Of a stretch of DNA of 64,000 nucleotides, positions 13,371-26,400 are shown piece after piece. The notes under the pieces are model-generated. The model was not told the origin of the DNA. It made no database searches and saw only the letters and a program-made list of their open reading frames with translations. A program made the translations under genes and the position numbers. How positions within the stretch are numbered: the stretch's first letter is position 1; every line of letters begins with the position of its first letter. Source of the stretch: Ancylonema sp. (taxonomy: Eukaryota); assembly GCA_050230475.1 (NCBI GenBank), contig JBFLGF010000121.1, forward strand, positions 1 through 64,000. Direction: 5' to 3'.

Positions 13371-13455
13371 GTAGTATTGTACATTTTATCATATTCATGT
13401 ACACCATTTGATGAATGCAAATTGTTCATTTCCCCCCTCCACAATTTGCCTCGAT

Positions 13456-13733
13456 CATAGTTGGGTGCGCACATGTGCGCGGGTTTGGCACACATGTTCG
13501 GAGCATGTGGGCATCGCGCACCTCGTGGCGAAATCCAAATATGAAGATTGACCAAGATAAAAGCCGTCACTCATTGTAGTGAGTATTTAAAGTATTTTTA
13601 TCTCAAGTACCAGTATTTTTTCCTAGTTGGGCGCGCACTTGTGCGCGGGATTGAGCGCACATGCTCCAAACAATGCACATCACACACATATTCCGATCAT
13701 GTGCGCGATTTTAGTTGTGCGCGCTTCACTATG
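13456..13733. mobile_element. 278-bp CATAG-ended MITE with a perfect 8-bp TSD
   Basis: GCCTCGAT|CATAGTTGGGTGCGC ... GCGCGCTTCACTATG|GCCTCGAT, with internal GCGCAC motifs. Confidence 0.85.
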
Positions 13734-14426
13734 GCCTCGATTGAGCGGATGATGGTAGATGGCGAGGAGAACACGATGGACAGACTAACGAGCGCGTCGA
13801 GAGCGAGCCGAGTGCGTGGTCATGTTAGACTCAACTTAAAAGTTATAATATTGAGTACACCATCACACAAGTATTTGGATGTCCATTCCAAGCTGCCCAT
13901 GTTTGGATGGCATTCATAGCTTGTCGAATATGGATAACATATGTGAGTAGGTTGTAGCATATAACCCGAGTAGGTCATACAGTAATCACCTAATGTGATT
14001 GGTAAAAAACAGCCGGCAAGTCAAAATTGAATTTTGTATCTAACCAACATACCTTAAAGATATGTTGCAGTAGAGCGTTCCAAGTGAAATAGGGTTAACA
14101 GCCTTTCCACCATTAGAGCAAACCCTACAACTACTACACCACTTCAACCCCATAGCAATGCTCATCATGGCGTAGAGGATGGGGGAGACAGCTAATTTGT
14201 CGACCTTCCACCAACACCTAACCAAAGTAATAAGTGCAGGTTGATAGTGAATATTAGAAGGTTCCCACACTTCGCCTTATTCTCATCGCTGATACAAACC
14301 ACATGCACCCCATTGAAATTCTCCTCTCCTGGACCTCAGTCCGCGACACGGCCCACTAGCTTTATTTCGGATGGTGTGGTTCACCGTACAACTGCATCAA
14401 ACGCGAGTCCTTGATCCTCTCCGTCC

Positions 14427-17400
14427 CTAGTAGTCCATGCCTCCCATTCCTCCCATGCCCCCCATGCCTCCCCCCCCTGGCATTGCGCCCGTCTTGTCCT
14501 CTGGCGCGTCCACAATCACCGCCTCCGTGGTAGTCATCAGGGACGCCACACTGCACACAATGAGCCCATGAACCCATGAGCCCCTACCACCCAAGCACAC
14601 AGCCCACCCCCAAGTCCACCCATCCCGTCCCTCTGTCTCCCCTCACCTTGCGGCGTCCACCAATGCTGTCCGTAAGACCTTCACGGGGTCAATGATTCCT
14701 GCCTTCACCATGTCCACATACTCCCCCTTGGCGGCGTCGTAGCCCACGTCAAGATTGTCCTGCTCCAGCAGCTTGCCCACCACGATCGCCCCTTCCACCC
14801 CCGCATTTGTGGCAATGCACAGCACAGGGGTCTGGAACCGGAACCAAAACCAAAAACCCAGAACCAGGAGTGGGTTAGCACCCATTAGCAGTCGGGCGCC
14901 CCACCCCCCCCCCACCAGCGTTGAGTGCTTACCTTGAGGGCGTTCTTTATGATTTGCACTCCAATTCTCTGGTCGAAGTTGTCTGTTTGCAGATTCTCGA
15001 GTACACGTGTGGCATACAGGAGTGCCGCCCCCCCCCCGGGCACGATTCCCTCCTCTACGGCAGCCTTGGTGGCGTTCAATGCGTCCGTCACTCGGTCTTT
15101 CTTCTCCCCCACCTCCACCTCGCTGGCGCCACCAATCTGAACCACCCACCACCCCCATCCACCATCCATCATCAACCACGTGTCCATTCGCCTCGTGTCA
15201 CTTAACATGAGTGCCTATCTGTGCTGTTTCTGTTTACCTTCAGAACCGCCACTCCCCCAGAGAGCTTGGCCAATCGCTCTTGTAGCTTCTCCTTGTCGTA
15301 GTCTGACGTGGACGATGCTAGTGCTTCTCTCAACTGACTCCCCACAACCCCTCTACCACGTCAGCTATTTATATACAAGTACTGAATTGAAGGTCCTTCC
15401 TCCTTGATAATAGAACCCAGTACCCTCCCTCTTCTTTCTCCCCTCCTCCTCCCTCCTCACCTGTTCACATCTCTCCTCAATGCTCGCCTTCCCCCCCCCC
15501 CCGTCCAGAATGATGGTGTCGTCTTTGGAGATTGTGACCTTCTTAGCTGTCCCCAGGTGCACCCCCTCCACCTACTCCAGCTTGAATCCCAAGTCTTCGC
15601 TGATGAGCTGGGCGCCCGTGAGGATGGCCAGGTCCTGAAGGTTGGCTTTACGGTTCTCGCCAAAACCGGGAGCCTTCACTGCACACACCTGCAGCGGGGG
15701 GGGAAATGGTCGGAAGATCCAAGTAGGTACATGCATGTAGGTGTGTGCGTGTTTGTATGTGTATGTAATATGTGGGATCAGGTGAACTGGTACTGGTGGG
15801 CGTGTATGTATGTGTGCATGTACATTTCGGTATGTAGACATTCCTCCTTATTTTACCGTAAATATCTGCGCAAACGGATCCGCGGCCGATTCTGTGGGCA
15901 TGTATGTGTCTCCACACATGAATGAGTCCCCCCCCTCTCACCTTCACGCCTGCTCTAAGTTTGTTGACGATGAGTGTGGCCAGCGCCTCTCTCTCCACAT
16001 CCTCCGCCACAATGAGCAGCGGGCGTTGGCTCTGGAACACAACCACCAAACACCAATGAACGACAGCTGCTCAGGCTGCCGTCCGCACCGCCCCAGCCCC
16101 AAGCTCCCAGCCTCCCTGTCTTCCTGACCTTGAGTGCGAGCTCTAATACGGGCAGGATCGCGCTCACTCCGGAGACCTTCTTTTCGTGTACCAGAACAAA
16201 GGGGTTGTCCAGTTCCTGCCAAACGAAACCGCCACTCACCACAGGTGAGCATCCGCCTCGCACCCCCTCCCACTCCCGCCTGTTTCCCCCCTTACGCATT
16301 TTTGTGTCTTTGTGTTGGTGATGAAGTAGGGCGAGATGTACCCGCGGTCCAGCTTCATCCCCTCCACCACCTCCAGCTCGTTGAACAGAGTTTTACCGTC
16401 CTGGAAATCGTGTGCAAACAACAAACCCATACAGACCAGCTATGAGTCCCCATGCAGCCTCTGAGTGCCCTGCTGCGCTGTTTGCTGCTGTCTGTACCGC
16501 GACGGTGATCACGCCCTCCTTGCCAACTTTCTCCATAGCTCGCGCAATCAGGTCACCGATTTCTCGATCTCCATTGGCGGAGATGGTTCCCACCTGCACC
16601 ACCAACCCCAACCCCAACCCCAAAACAGATAGACAACTGGTAAGCCACCATTGGTGGCAAAAAACTGATATCATACTTGTGAGGGCGCGCTGTGTAAATT
16701 AGCAAACTATGCATCCTTTGAATGAGCGAAGTTGTTCAAGTAACCAAGTGACTCGAGACCCCACACACTGTGCCCCATGGTCAGAAGTGCGTTCACTCAA
16801 ACCCTCCACGTCACCCAAGCCATGCCAAGTTTCCTGCTTCATCCTTCATGCCAGAGCGGATCAATGCCCATTGCACAATCCAGATACCATGATCCCTTGA
16901 AGACCGTTATCGTCTTCCCCCAAGCCTCACCATATTTCCTACTTAAACCCGTTAAACCTCAAACATAAACTCCAAGTTCATACTTGAGCTCAGCTACCAA
17001 CAACTCATAACCTGGCTTGACCGATCACGGAACCGACTCTGCTACATACATCCCCACTGGGTCCCTGAGGAGAGTGATCCTTCCTCCTTTCGGCCCTGTT
17101 CCTGACCTGCGCAATTTCCTCAGACGTGCTAATCCTCTTTGCCCTCTCCTTGAGATGCTCCACCACGGCATCCACGGCCAGACTGATTCCCCTCCGCAGA
17201 TCCATGGCATTCATCCCCGCAGCCACCGACTTGCACCCCTCAGCGTAAATTGCCCGCGTCAGCACCGTGGCAGCGGTGGTGCCTGCTCTCAGCGTCACCC
17301 ACGAGGACAACGACGTCACCCACGAGAAAGAGGTCTAGGAGCCGGGGCCCCGGAAGCAGACTAGCCAGTTTACTGCTCCAGTTCTACCCACACAAGAAAC

Positions 17401-18295
17401 TCTGAACACTCCCCAAGCGCACTAAGCTACCCGGTTGGGATTCTAAAAACTAACCGTCTCCAGCAACATCATTCGTAGCAGACGCCACTTGCTTCACCAA
17501 GCTGGCCCCCAAGTTCTTCAACTTGTCTTTGAATTCGAGGGCTTTGGCAACAGTGACCCCGTCCTTCGTGATCTTGGGTGGCCCATAGCTCTGTTCAATC
17601 ACTACTTGGCGTCCCTGTGAAGAACAATGACCCGGAATAATAATATGAGCCGTGGAACAAGTTACGTGGATACTTAGTAATAGATTCGTCAAGTACACAA
17701 CAAGTACACAAATCACAAATGATAGAGTCATAGAGGAGACACGTCTCAGGAGGGACGACGGGTTCAGGCACCTTCGGGCCCATGGTGACTTTCACGGCGT
17801 CTGCTAGCTGTTCCACCCCTTGCAGAATAGCAGCGCGACCCTCTACCCCACACCGAATATCTTTGGCGGCATAATATCTCTGCCATTGAGCTTGGCTCAA
17901 ATTCTGCGAATGCACTCAGGAAAAAATGGCGTCGTTATGCTGGAGAAGCTGGAAAGCGGACCGACCCGAATGTACTCTGCAATTCGAACGAAAAGCGGTG
18001 ATCTGAACACAGCCATAATAATCGTCGGGCCAGGATAAAGCGCTCACCTCTGATCGCCTGTATTCCGATTATTCCCAAGAAAGAGCGACGCGCATTGCAA
18101 CCAAAGCCCCCCGTCAGTCGACACATACTCATTGAACTAACGACAGAGGAGAGCTGAATTTCACCCTGGCTTTTGCTTCAGAAATATATAAAACAGCGAG
18201 CAGATTCTTGAATATTTGCGAAGTTACCTGCTAAGTCCGGTTGCATTTTTTGCAGACCTTAGGGCAGGCGCAAGCTTAGACAACGTGCGATACAT
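14427..18295 (-). CDS. HSP60: Mitochondrial chaperonin HSP60/Cpn60, 14 exons, with one in-frame TAG at 15572-15574
   Basis: Transit peptide [16 protein letters not shown], followed by motifs [73 protein letters not shown] and a C-terminal [11 protein letters not shown]. Exons: 18295-18228, 18057-18048, 17903-17772, 17614-17455, 17282-17107, 16593-16498, 16400-16296, 16215-16129, 16031-15942, 15688-15461, 15333-15238, 15136-14933, 14831-14647, 14550-14427. Confidence 0.95.
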
Positions 18296-18589
18296 GGTGA
18301 AATGCGATGGAGGTCAAAATTATGACAATTTCCCGAGGTTGATGGAGCTCGCAGATCGGCGCACCTCAGGTGTGTTTGTTATATCAGGAATGCAGGTCGG
18401 TGGCTCGAGAACTTGCCAGTGTAGTTCGGGGGATGACGCCTTCGCCCCATTTGGCAGAATTCCATGGGGTTCAGGCATCAAACATCAAACCTTCCACAGC
18501 CCTTCGAGATGGTTCCATATGCCAGCATGGCACATTCACACGCCTCTCTTGTGCCACGTGTACAATTTGAACTTGGAAGTCTCCTCATC

Positions 18590-20505
18590 GGCCTGGGCTC
18601 CGAGCTCGCAAAGCTTCGGGTTCCGGATTGGAACCCAGAAAACCAAGATCCGAACCCGGATTCGAGCCCGAATTCGAGCCCGAATTCGAGCGCGGAGCTC
18701 GGAACGAGGACCGAGGCCCATCGGAGATTTGAGAAAAAAAATGATGGTTTTATTAGCGGACAACATGTTCGGAACATGCGCACTCGCGTATCCAAATTTT
18801 GACTAGAATATATGTAAGCTAACGGAGGCGGGACGACTCCAAAAAAAAATCAAACACGTTCACATGCGAACGCGGGCACTAGGGATGCGCTCCCCTGTCC
18901 CCTGGGTCCCCCCTCCCCCGTCCTCTTACGGGGGATCCACCGTCCCCTTCTACTCAAATTACAGGGGAATACGGGGGACGCAACCTTAGGTTGGGAAAAC
19001 GGGGGAATCGGGGGATGCGGGGGAGGAAACGGGAGAAACGGGGAAATTACGGGGGACATGGGGGAAGTCTAGTGGGGAGGATCCTCGTTTCCTCAATGAC
19101 AAAGTTGGTCTCACAAAAATTGTATGTATGTGTTAATGAGTTTGACTACTTGCAATGACAAGTTGAGTACATTGTCTATCTACGTAGAATGTTACACTCC
19201 CCATATAACCATTTCATGAGCGCTCGTTACTTGTTCATGCTGTGTACATCGCGATACTATTTAGTGCAATATCACAACAAATGCAAGTAGTTCAACATAA
19301 GACACTTTACATTTCATCACGGTATCAATGATACCGTATCATCATTCATAAGCATGAACTTTCGCCATATTTAGTGGTATTAGCAACACCGTATTGCACT
19401 TGCATATCTTGCAATATGTATTGCGTAACTTGTCTCACACATATTTATTATAATTGTTGTGAGTTTTGACTTACATTTTTATGTACCTCATAACATATTA
19501 CATAATCATAACTTACAATTACTTATCTTCACAACCTATGACGTGCAAGGCTTACAACAAATGCGTCAAATGGGACTTTCCTACTAATACGTCACTTGCA
19601 TCACTTGTAGTGACATACAAAAAACATGAAGATAATAAACATATGCAATACGTCACTTTAAACATTGGTCATCAATAATAATAGACGACATGAACTTCAA
19701 TTATATTTCAACACATGATTAGGTGTATTTTGAATCATCAAACTCTTGTTACAAATGTTTTATTATTCCACTTCTTCCCCAGTTGCCAACCGGTTCATCC
19801 TCCTTGCCCCCCGTTTTCCCCCGTTCCCCCCCCCGTGTCCCCCGTTGTCCCCCGATTAGCCCCCCGTTTCCCCCGTTTCCCCCCGTGTCCCCCGTATGCA
19901 GCCGTTGCGGCTGGGATTTCCCCCACCGCGGTTGGTTCCCCGTATACGGGAGAGGCGGACGGGGGACGGGGGACGGGGAAGTCCGCCTCCCCCGATTGAT
20001 TTCAACCGGGGGAGCGCATCCCTACCGGGCACCACCCGTCCGAACATCGACACGCCGGCTCTATTTCGGAATTTTACAAATCCATTGTCAATCAATCATT
20101 GAACGACTCATGTTCATGGCCCATTTTGAGATATGTTTTTCATATGGTAGATAGAGTAGGGCTTGTAATAATATAATGACAGTTTTTGTCATACGTTTTA
20201 TCATTATAATTACCAGCTTACCAGCTTTATAATGCGAGTTCATCCAGTGTGTGGAGTATTTACACAATTTACATGTCAAACCATGGCTACAAATCTAGTA
20301 CTCATGTAACACTAGTAAAATCCAGTTTTTGTCTCGGAGCCCACGAGTCCGGGGGGCCGGATTCGGGCTACGAGCCTGGGCTCCAGGCTCTCGGCTTGGC
20401 TCCGGGCTCCGGGCCAGCTGGGCTGATAAAATTTGAACTCCAAACTTAAGGAGCCCACGTCTTGTGCCCTATATGCTCTTTGAGTTCCGTGCTTCCGTCA
20501 CACTA
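18590..20505. mobile_element. Old hAT-like relic (GAGCCCG-rich ends) hosting a nested element
   Basis: GAGCCCG/GGGCTCC clusters at 18590-18720 and 20335-20460. The right end GCTTCCGTCACACTA resembles the TAGTGTG TIR family. The left TIR is not recognisable. Confidence 0.45.
18880..20024. mobile_element. Ac/Ds-like hAT non-autonomous element (1145 bp)
   Basis: Perfect 16-bp TIRs TAGGGATGCGCTCCCC and GGGGAGCGCATCCCTA, which begin like the Ac TIR. The 8-bp TSD GCGGGCAC / CCGGGCAC matches at 7/8. Subterminal regions have CCCCG/CGGGG repeats and the core is AT-rich. Confidence 0.9.
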
Positions 20506-20509
20506 GCCG

Positions 20510-21240
20510 CATGGTGCACCCACTTGGTATGCATAGAGATCGGCGAGCGCAACAAAACCAGGTGTTTTGTCCAGTCAAGACGATTTGTTTCAAGTCGTTA
20601 CTTTTGTTGATTTGAACATGTATTTTGATCTTGCACACTTGAAGTTGTGACGCGTTCTCTGTTTCATTGTTTAATTTTCGCGGGCACTTTCCGAAATGAT
20701 GTTCACTTGGGCTCATTATTGATGGTTCTGTCATTGTCATTGCAATTAGTGCTCATGGGTGCCCGTCTCTTCTAGATTTAATAATCACTATCGTCGTAGT
20801 GTGTCCCTCTCTGTTGGGGTTGAGATTTTCGATGGAATTGGGATTGTACCTCCCTTCTATTGTGCGGATGCATGGGGTAGGTGCTAGTCTAAGGTTGGTA
20901 TTTAGTGCATCTAAAGTTGTTTGGTCGTGGGGGAACTTGAGTCGTCTCCTAAGTACCGAACAATCACGTGCGTTATGTCCGAAATATTTGCAAATGTAAC
21001 ATTCCATCTTCCCGTTTCATGTACTTTGGCAATAAGAGAGGGTATTTTTCGGATGAGGTGGGAATCGGTCAAGGAATCTAGTGGACCAGTTTCAAACTAT
21101 TCCACTCTGAACCAAACCAGCACCAATTCCGAACAAAGGGGTTCGGGAACCTACTATGAAACCTCAAAATTGACCAATGTATTGCTGTCACACGGAGTAT
21201 TTGCATTCGGAGTGGCGGCCTCAAATACACCAGGGATGTC
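20510..21240 (-). pseudogene. Retroelement gag relic with a CCHC zinc knuckle
   Basis: The ORF at 20753-21007 begins CYICKYFGHNARDC (CX2CX4HX4C). Surrounding frames are broken by stops. No LTR was found. Confidence 0.5.
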
Positions 21241-21245
21241 ATTGG

Positions 21246-21535
21246 TATAGTAACGATCCGGGAATTTACGATCCCGCGCCAATTACGATCGGGTCCGACC
21301 CGTTGCCTATCCGGATCGGAGGCGCTGATCATTGGGGGGAAATTGGCGGGGACGAAAGAAGTTTCATACGCACCCATTGCAGCGCAGACCCCCCCCCCAA
21401 AACTTATTTTTAAGGGGTTTTCCCCCTTTGTTCGGCCCAATTGATCGGGATATTTCCGATCCCGCGCCAATCCGAATCGGGTTTGAATCGCCGCCAATCT
21501 TGATCCGGGATCGGGATGGATCGGGACAAACTATG
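21246..21535. mobile_element. CATAG-type MITE (degenerate)
   Basis: Right end GATCGGGACAAACTATG and left end (t)ATAGTAACGATCC, with a CCGATC/GATCGG-rich body. No TSD was found. Confidence 0.45.
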
Positions 21536-21656
21536 AACAATAGTATACTCATATGCCACGAAGAAAAACAAGTTAATTTTTGTGAGGATTCTCCACTCTT
21601 TGATCAAACTTGTAGTGTTAGTAGAAATAAAACTACGTGGAAGTCTTTGAGCAATA

Positions 21657-22886
21657 CCATACTGGCCATACATAATGACCCGCAGATAATTATTGAAAGG
21701 GTGGGTCGGGTCAAATTAAATAATTCATTTTTTGGGGTTGGGTCACGCCATAAATTCCGAAATTCGGCGTAGTGGGTCAACATCGTAAAATCGATTTAAT
21801 TCGTTTTTTTGCTCAAAATTCATATGTGGTTGGATCCCGATCGCCAAGAATCAATCGTGGTCCCGTAGCGGCGTAATGGATCGTCATTGGTTTCCTTCTC
21901 ACAAATTTAGGGGGGGAAATGGACATGTTGGGGACCAATTAAGGTGCATATTTTTCTTACATTTTTGCACCATGCACAAGCCAACATGATGAACAACATA
22001 CAGCTTCCATATTTTTGAAACCACGATACACCCTTCAAAATCCCGAGAAGTATGGGAAAATCGAAAAATCGAAAGAATGTGGATATCTCCACACACTCAC
22101 TTACTAGTCACTACTCACTACACACTACTCATACTCTATCACTGTTTACTATTCACTACTCTTCCACTTCGTGAGTCAATGTTTAGGTTTGAGAGTCTAC
22201 TGCAGTCTGCAAGGCCGCAATCTAGAGCCGACAATGCACCCCACCGAGATAAGGCTATTGAACGAAAGTGAACGGATGAACGGCAAATAAAATCGAGATG
22301 GAGGAAAGTGAGCGGGTTCTAGAGTGTAAAGTGAACGGATGAACAACAAAACAATTTGAGGTGAAGGAAAGTGAACGGTTTTTTTTGTGGAAAGTGAACG
22401 GATGAACGACGAATGAAATTGAGGTAAAGGAAAGTGAACTGATTTTTCAGTGTAAAGTGAACGGATGAACGGCGAATAATTTTGAGATAAAGGACGTGAA
22501 CGAGTTTTTAGTGTAAAGTGAACGGGTGAACGGATGAACGGCGAATAAATTTGAGATAAAGGAAAGTGAACGGATTTTTTAGTGGAAAGTGAACGGTAGA
22601 GTGAAAAAAAACCTCGGGAATATCAGAAAAAAATAGATGGCCGAAAGATACCCCCCCAAGGTTTGGAGTGCCATAATTAGTACGGTACTCGTGCGGTACA
22701 AATTGCGTGTTGTTTAAAGGTGGGTCATTTTGCTTGCTGGGTCAAGGTATAATACATATATTTTACCCGGGTCATAACTCTGGGTCACGGGATAGTAAAT
22801 ATATTTTGCCCGGGTCAAGTTGGTGCGTCATGACAAAAATTGATTGTTTATTTTTTTACCCGGGTCATTTTGTATGGCCACTACGG
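21657..22886 (+). mobile_element. Tc2/pogo-like non-autonomous element with minisatellite (copy B, complete, 1230 bp)
   Basis: TA|CCATACTGGCCATACATAATGACCCG ... CGGGTCATTTTGTATGGCCACTACGG|TA. About 6 units of the AAAGTGAACGG minisatellite lie at ~22265-22600. Confidence 0.9.
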
Positions 22887-23453
22887 TACATACACAACTG
22901 AACAATTGATTGAGTAATAGGTTACACCCATGGCCATTGCATGTACAAAACGATTAGCGTAAATGAATTTCCGCCACCTCCACATTGTGCCTAAGAAAAA
23001 ATGGAAATGGCGCCACAAAAATGTGTGTCTCAAACCAGGCTGCGTAGTTAACTCTACATGCAAGCTTGAAAGTACCATATATACATTTGCCGTCCACGCT
23101 AGCCAACCTGCGTCCCACAAATCCACATAACACACCAGTCAACGATGAAACGGAAGCTGTTGAAAAGGAGTCGAGCATCTATTAGGTGTAGTAAGTAAAT
23201 GCAAGTGAAAAAGAATGTGGGGGGGGGGCAAACAAGAAAACCATACGAAACATTCGAAAATCACCCAAAAAAAAAAAAAAAAAAAAAAACCACAAAATTC
23301 AATACACCCTTCTCACCCTTCACGAGATCCACCACTAGGCTCTGCTGAGCTCCCAGATGGCTGCCTCCCAGCCCGAGAATCAGCCATCTGTAACCTCCTG
23401 ATGCAAAGCCAGGTGATATGCAGTGCACAGCAGTGCCGCCAACACTATGCGTG

Positions 23454-26400
23454 TCATTGGACGGCCAACCGCAACTGTTCCAACACGGACGGGTGCACCC
23501 TGCCCATGGCCGCGTTGAACAGAGTCTCCCCATGGATGGCCGCACACACCTGAAGCTTCTCCTTCAAGAGGGGACCCACTCGCAAAGAGTTCACAGGGTC
23601 TGCTGAAAACACCTGGACCCGGGGGGCAGGGGAGAGACACTTGCCACAAACGAGTTGGGAAAAAAACACTACATACGGAGAGGCAACGGGCAACAGGAGA
23701 AGGAGTCTGGGAGTGGTAGAAGGAAAGCAGTTGCACTGAAGGTCTAGCCTGATGCACTTTCCCTCCGACTTAAGCATGTAGACAGTGCATCCAATCACCT
23801 GCCTCCGCCGCAAGTATTCACTTTCAGATGCCTCGGGTCCGGAACCGTCCTCTGTGGCGTTTGCGGCCCAGTAGTCAAACCTGGGGGAGGGGAGGAGACA
23901 AGTGGTGGGAATCAGCACACGGATAGAGATGGGGGATGGGGGATGGGGGATGGGGGGAGGGGGATGGGGGATGCGGTATGAGAATAGGGGATGGGAATGG
24001 GTGATGGGTGGTCACTTTACCCTAATGCTGCCCCCTCTCCTTCTCCTTCCGTTTCGTGTAGCACGCCTGTACAGGCGCTGTATCCCCCCAACCGACATTT
24101 GTTAGATTACGTGACAACAACTGCCGTCTCTTTCTGCTCTGTCCAAACCTGATGATTGCCTCCAACCTCTCCAACACCTGCGCTTCCCGCATGGTGAGCA
24201 AAACGCAGAGGGCCAGCGCTGACAGCTTGCGCTTGGCGACAGAGGAGACGGAATCCATCTGAAACCGGATGCATACACCATACATCACAAATCATTCATT
24301 ATTAACCACCCATTACACATCATACATCACACATCATACATCATACATCATACATCATACATCATATATCATACATCATACACCATACATCATATATCAT
24401 ACATCATACATCATACATCAGACATCATGCATCATACATCATTACTCACACATTATGCATCATACATCATACTACATGCATCACTCATCATACATCACAA
24501 AACATACATCACTCATCACACATCGTACATCATGTATCATATATCATACATCATACATCATACAACATACATCACTCATTATACATCATCTATCATATAG
24601 CATACATCATACATCATACATCTTACATCACACATCATACATCATACATCATACATTATCCATCATACATCATACATCACACATCATACATCACTCATCT
24701 TACATCACACATCATACATCACACATTATACATCATACATCATACATCTTACATCACACATCATACACCACACATCATACATCATACATCATACATCATA
24801 TATCCTACATCATACATCACACATCACAGATCACACATCATTTTATCATACATTATCCATCATACATCATACATCACACATCATACATCACACATCATAC
24901 ATCACACATTATACATCATACATCATACATCATACATCATACATTATACATCATACATCACACATTATACATCATACATCATACATCTTACATCACACAT
25001 CATACATCATACATCATACATCATACATCATACATCATACATCATACATCATACATCACACATCACAGATCACACATCATACATCACTCATCATACATTA
25101 TCCATTATACATCACACATCATACATCACTCATCTTACATCACTCATCACACATCATACATCACTCATCTTACATCACTCATCTTACATCACTCATCACA
25201 CATCATAAAGTATGGGGAACACAGGAGTGATGGGGACAAAGTAGCTCTCTGTTGGTTTCACCTTATCCATCCACTCGTCCACGTAGAGGAACAGCGGAGG
25301 GGTCCCCCCTGCAGCGCTACACTTGTGCTGCAGCAGAGCAGCGGTGGCTGGGGAGGAAATGAATTGGGCGAAGAAGGAAGAGTTTTGGAGCATCAGTCGT
25401 GCGAGCACGATGGCAGCGGTGCCTTTCACAAGATCGGAGTCATCGCCCGCCACCACCATCACCAGCAGCTTCTGCATTCCATAATCACAGCCTTTGTTAG
25501 TTTCCATCGGGTTTTGTTTTTCTAGGATTCGAAATGGCAGAACAGGCTGCCATTTCGTCTAACTTCACTTTTCCCCATCACAGGAACTAAGTGCAACATG
25601 TAATTTCCCCAAACCCCCAGACGAGTGACGTACAAACTGTACGCAATCACACCATCTTGGTGATGTTGCGGCCTTGAGTAGGGGGAGGAGTTACCTGGAA
25701 AAGATGCTCAAGCACAGGTGGCGCTTCCGTCGGAAAGCACTGTCTCAGGTCACCCACAACCGATCACACACACACAAACACAGACATGAGAAACTAAGAA
25801 GGTGCGCAGATATCCACCTCCAGCCCCCTCCCCCCGGCCCCGACCTGCATGACGGTGTCAATGACCCCCAGCGTGACCATGAGTCCCTTTTCGTTCACGG
25901 AGCCCACCACGCCGTTCAGGATGGTCACCACGCTCTGCCCGTGGTGGTGAAGGAACTCGGCTCCCCCTACGAGGATGTAGCTCTCGATGATGCGCATTGC
26001 CACCTGGCACCACCGACCGGCAGCAGGGGAGAGATGACGGCAGGGTGGAAACTAGTCGGACTCGTGATCATGACATGGGTTTTGCAGAACGTTTCTGGTG
26101 TGGCCACCGTGCGATTGATATCATTCCTCTTCGTTAAAGTAGATCTCATCAGTAACGGCAGTATTGGCGGTGACATGGAACACAGATACCACCACTGATT
26201 CCCCTCACGTTTTCCGTAACGGGTAGGATTTTACGAGTTCCTAAACATTTATCACGACTTTCAACAATGACAGGAAAAACCCTCAACGGACGGACCCGCA
26301 TCGAACCCAAAAGATCTCGACCCAAAAGAAGTCGGTTCACCAGAAGGTCCGAATTCAGGCCTAGTCAGGGGTCCGTGTCGGTACGAAACCTAGAGGCCCC

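Noticed and set aside
24269..25525. 418-aa His-rich ORF (HHTSYII repeats) as a metal-binding protein
   Set aside because: It is a translation of the 7-bp satellite, antisense to an importin-11 intron and exon. The repeat composition alone explains the lack of stops.
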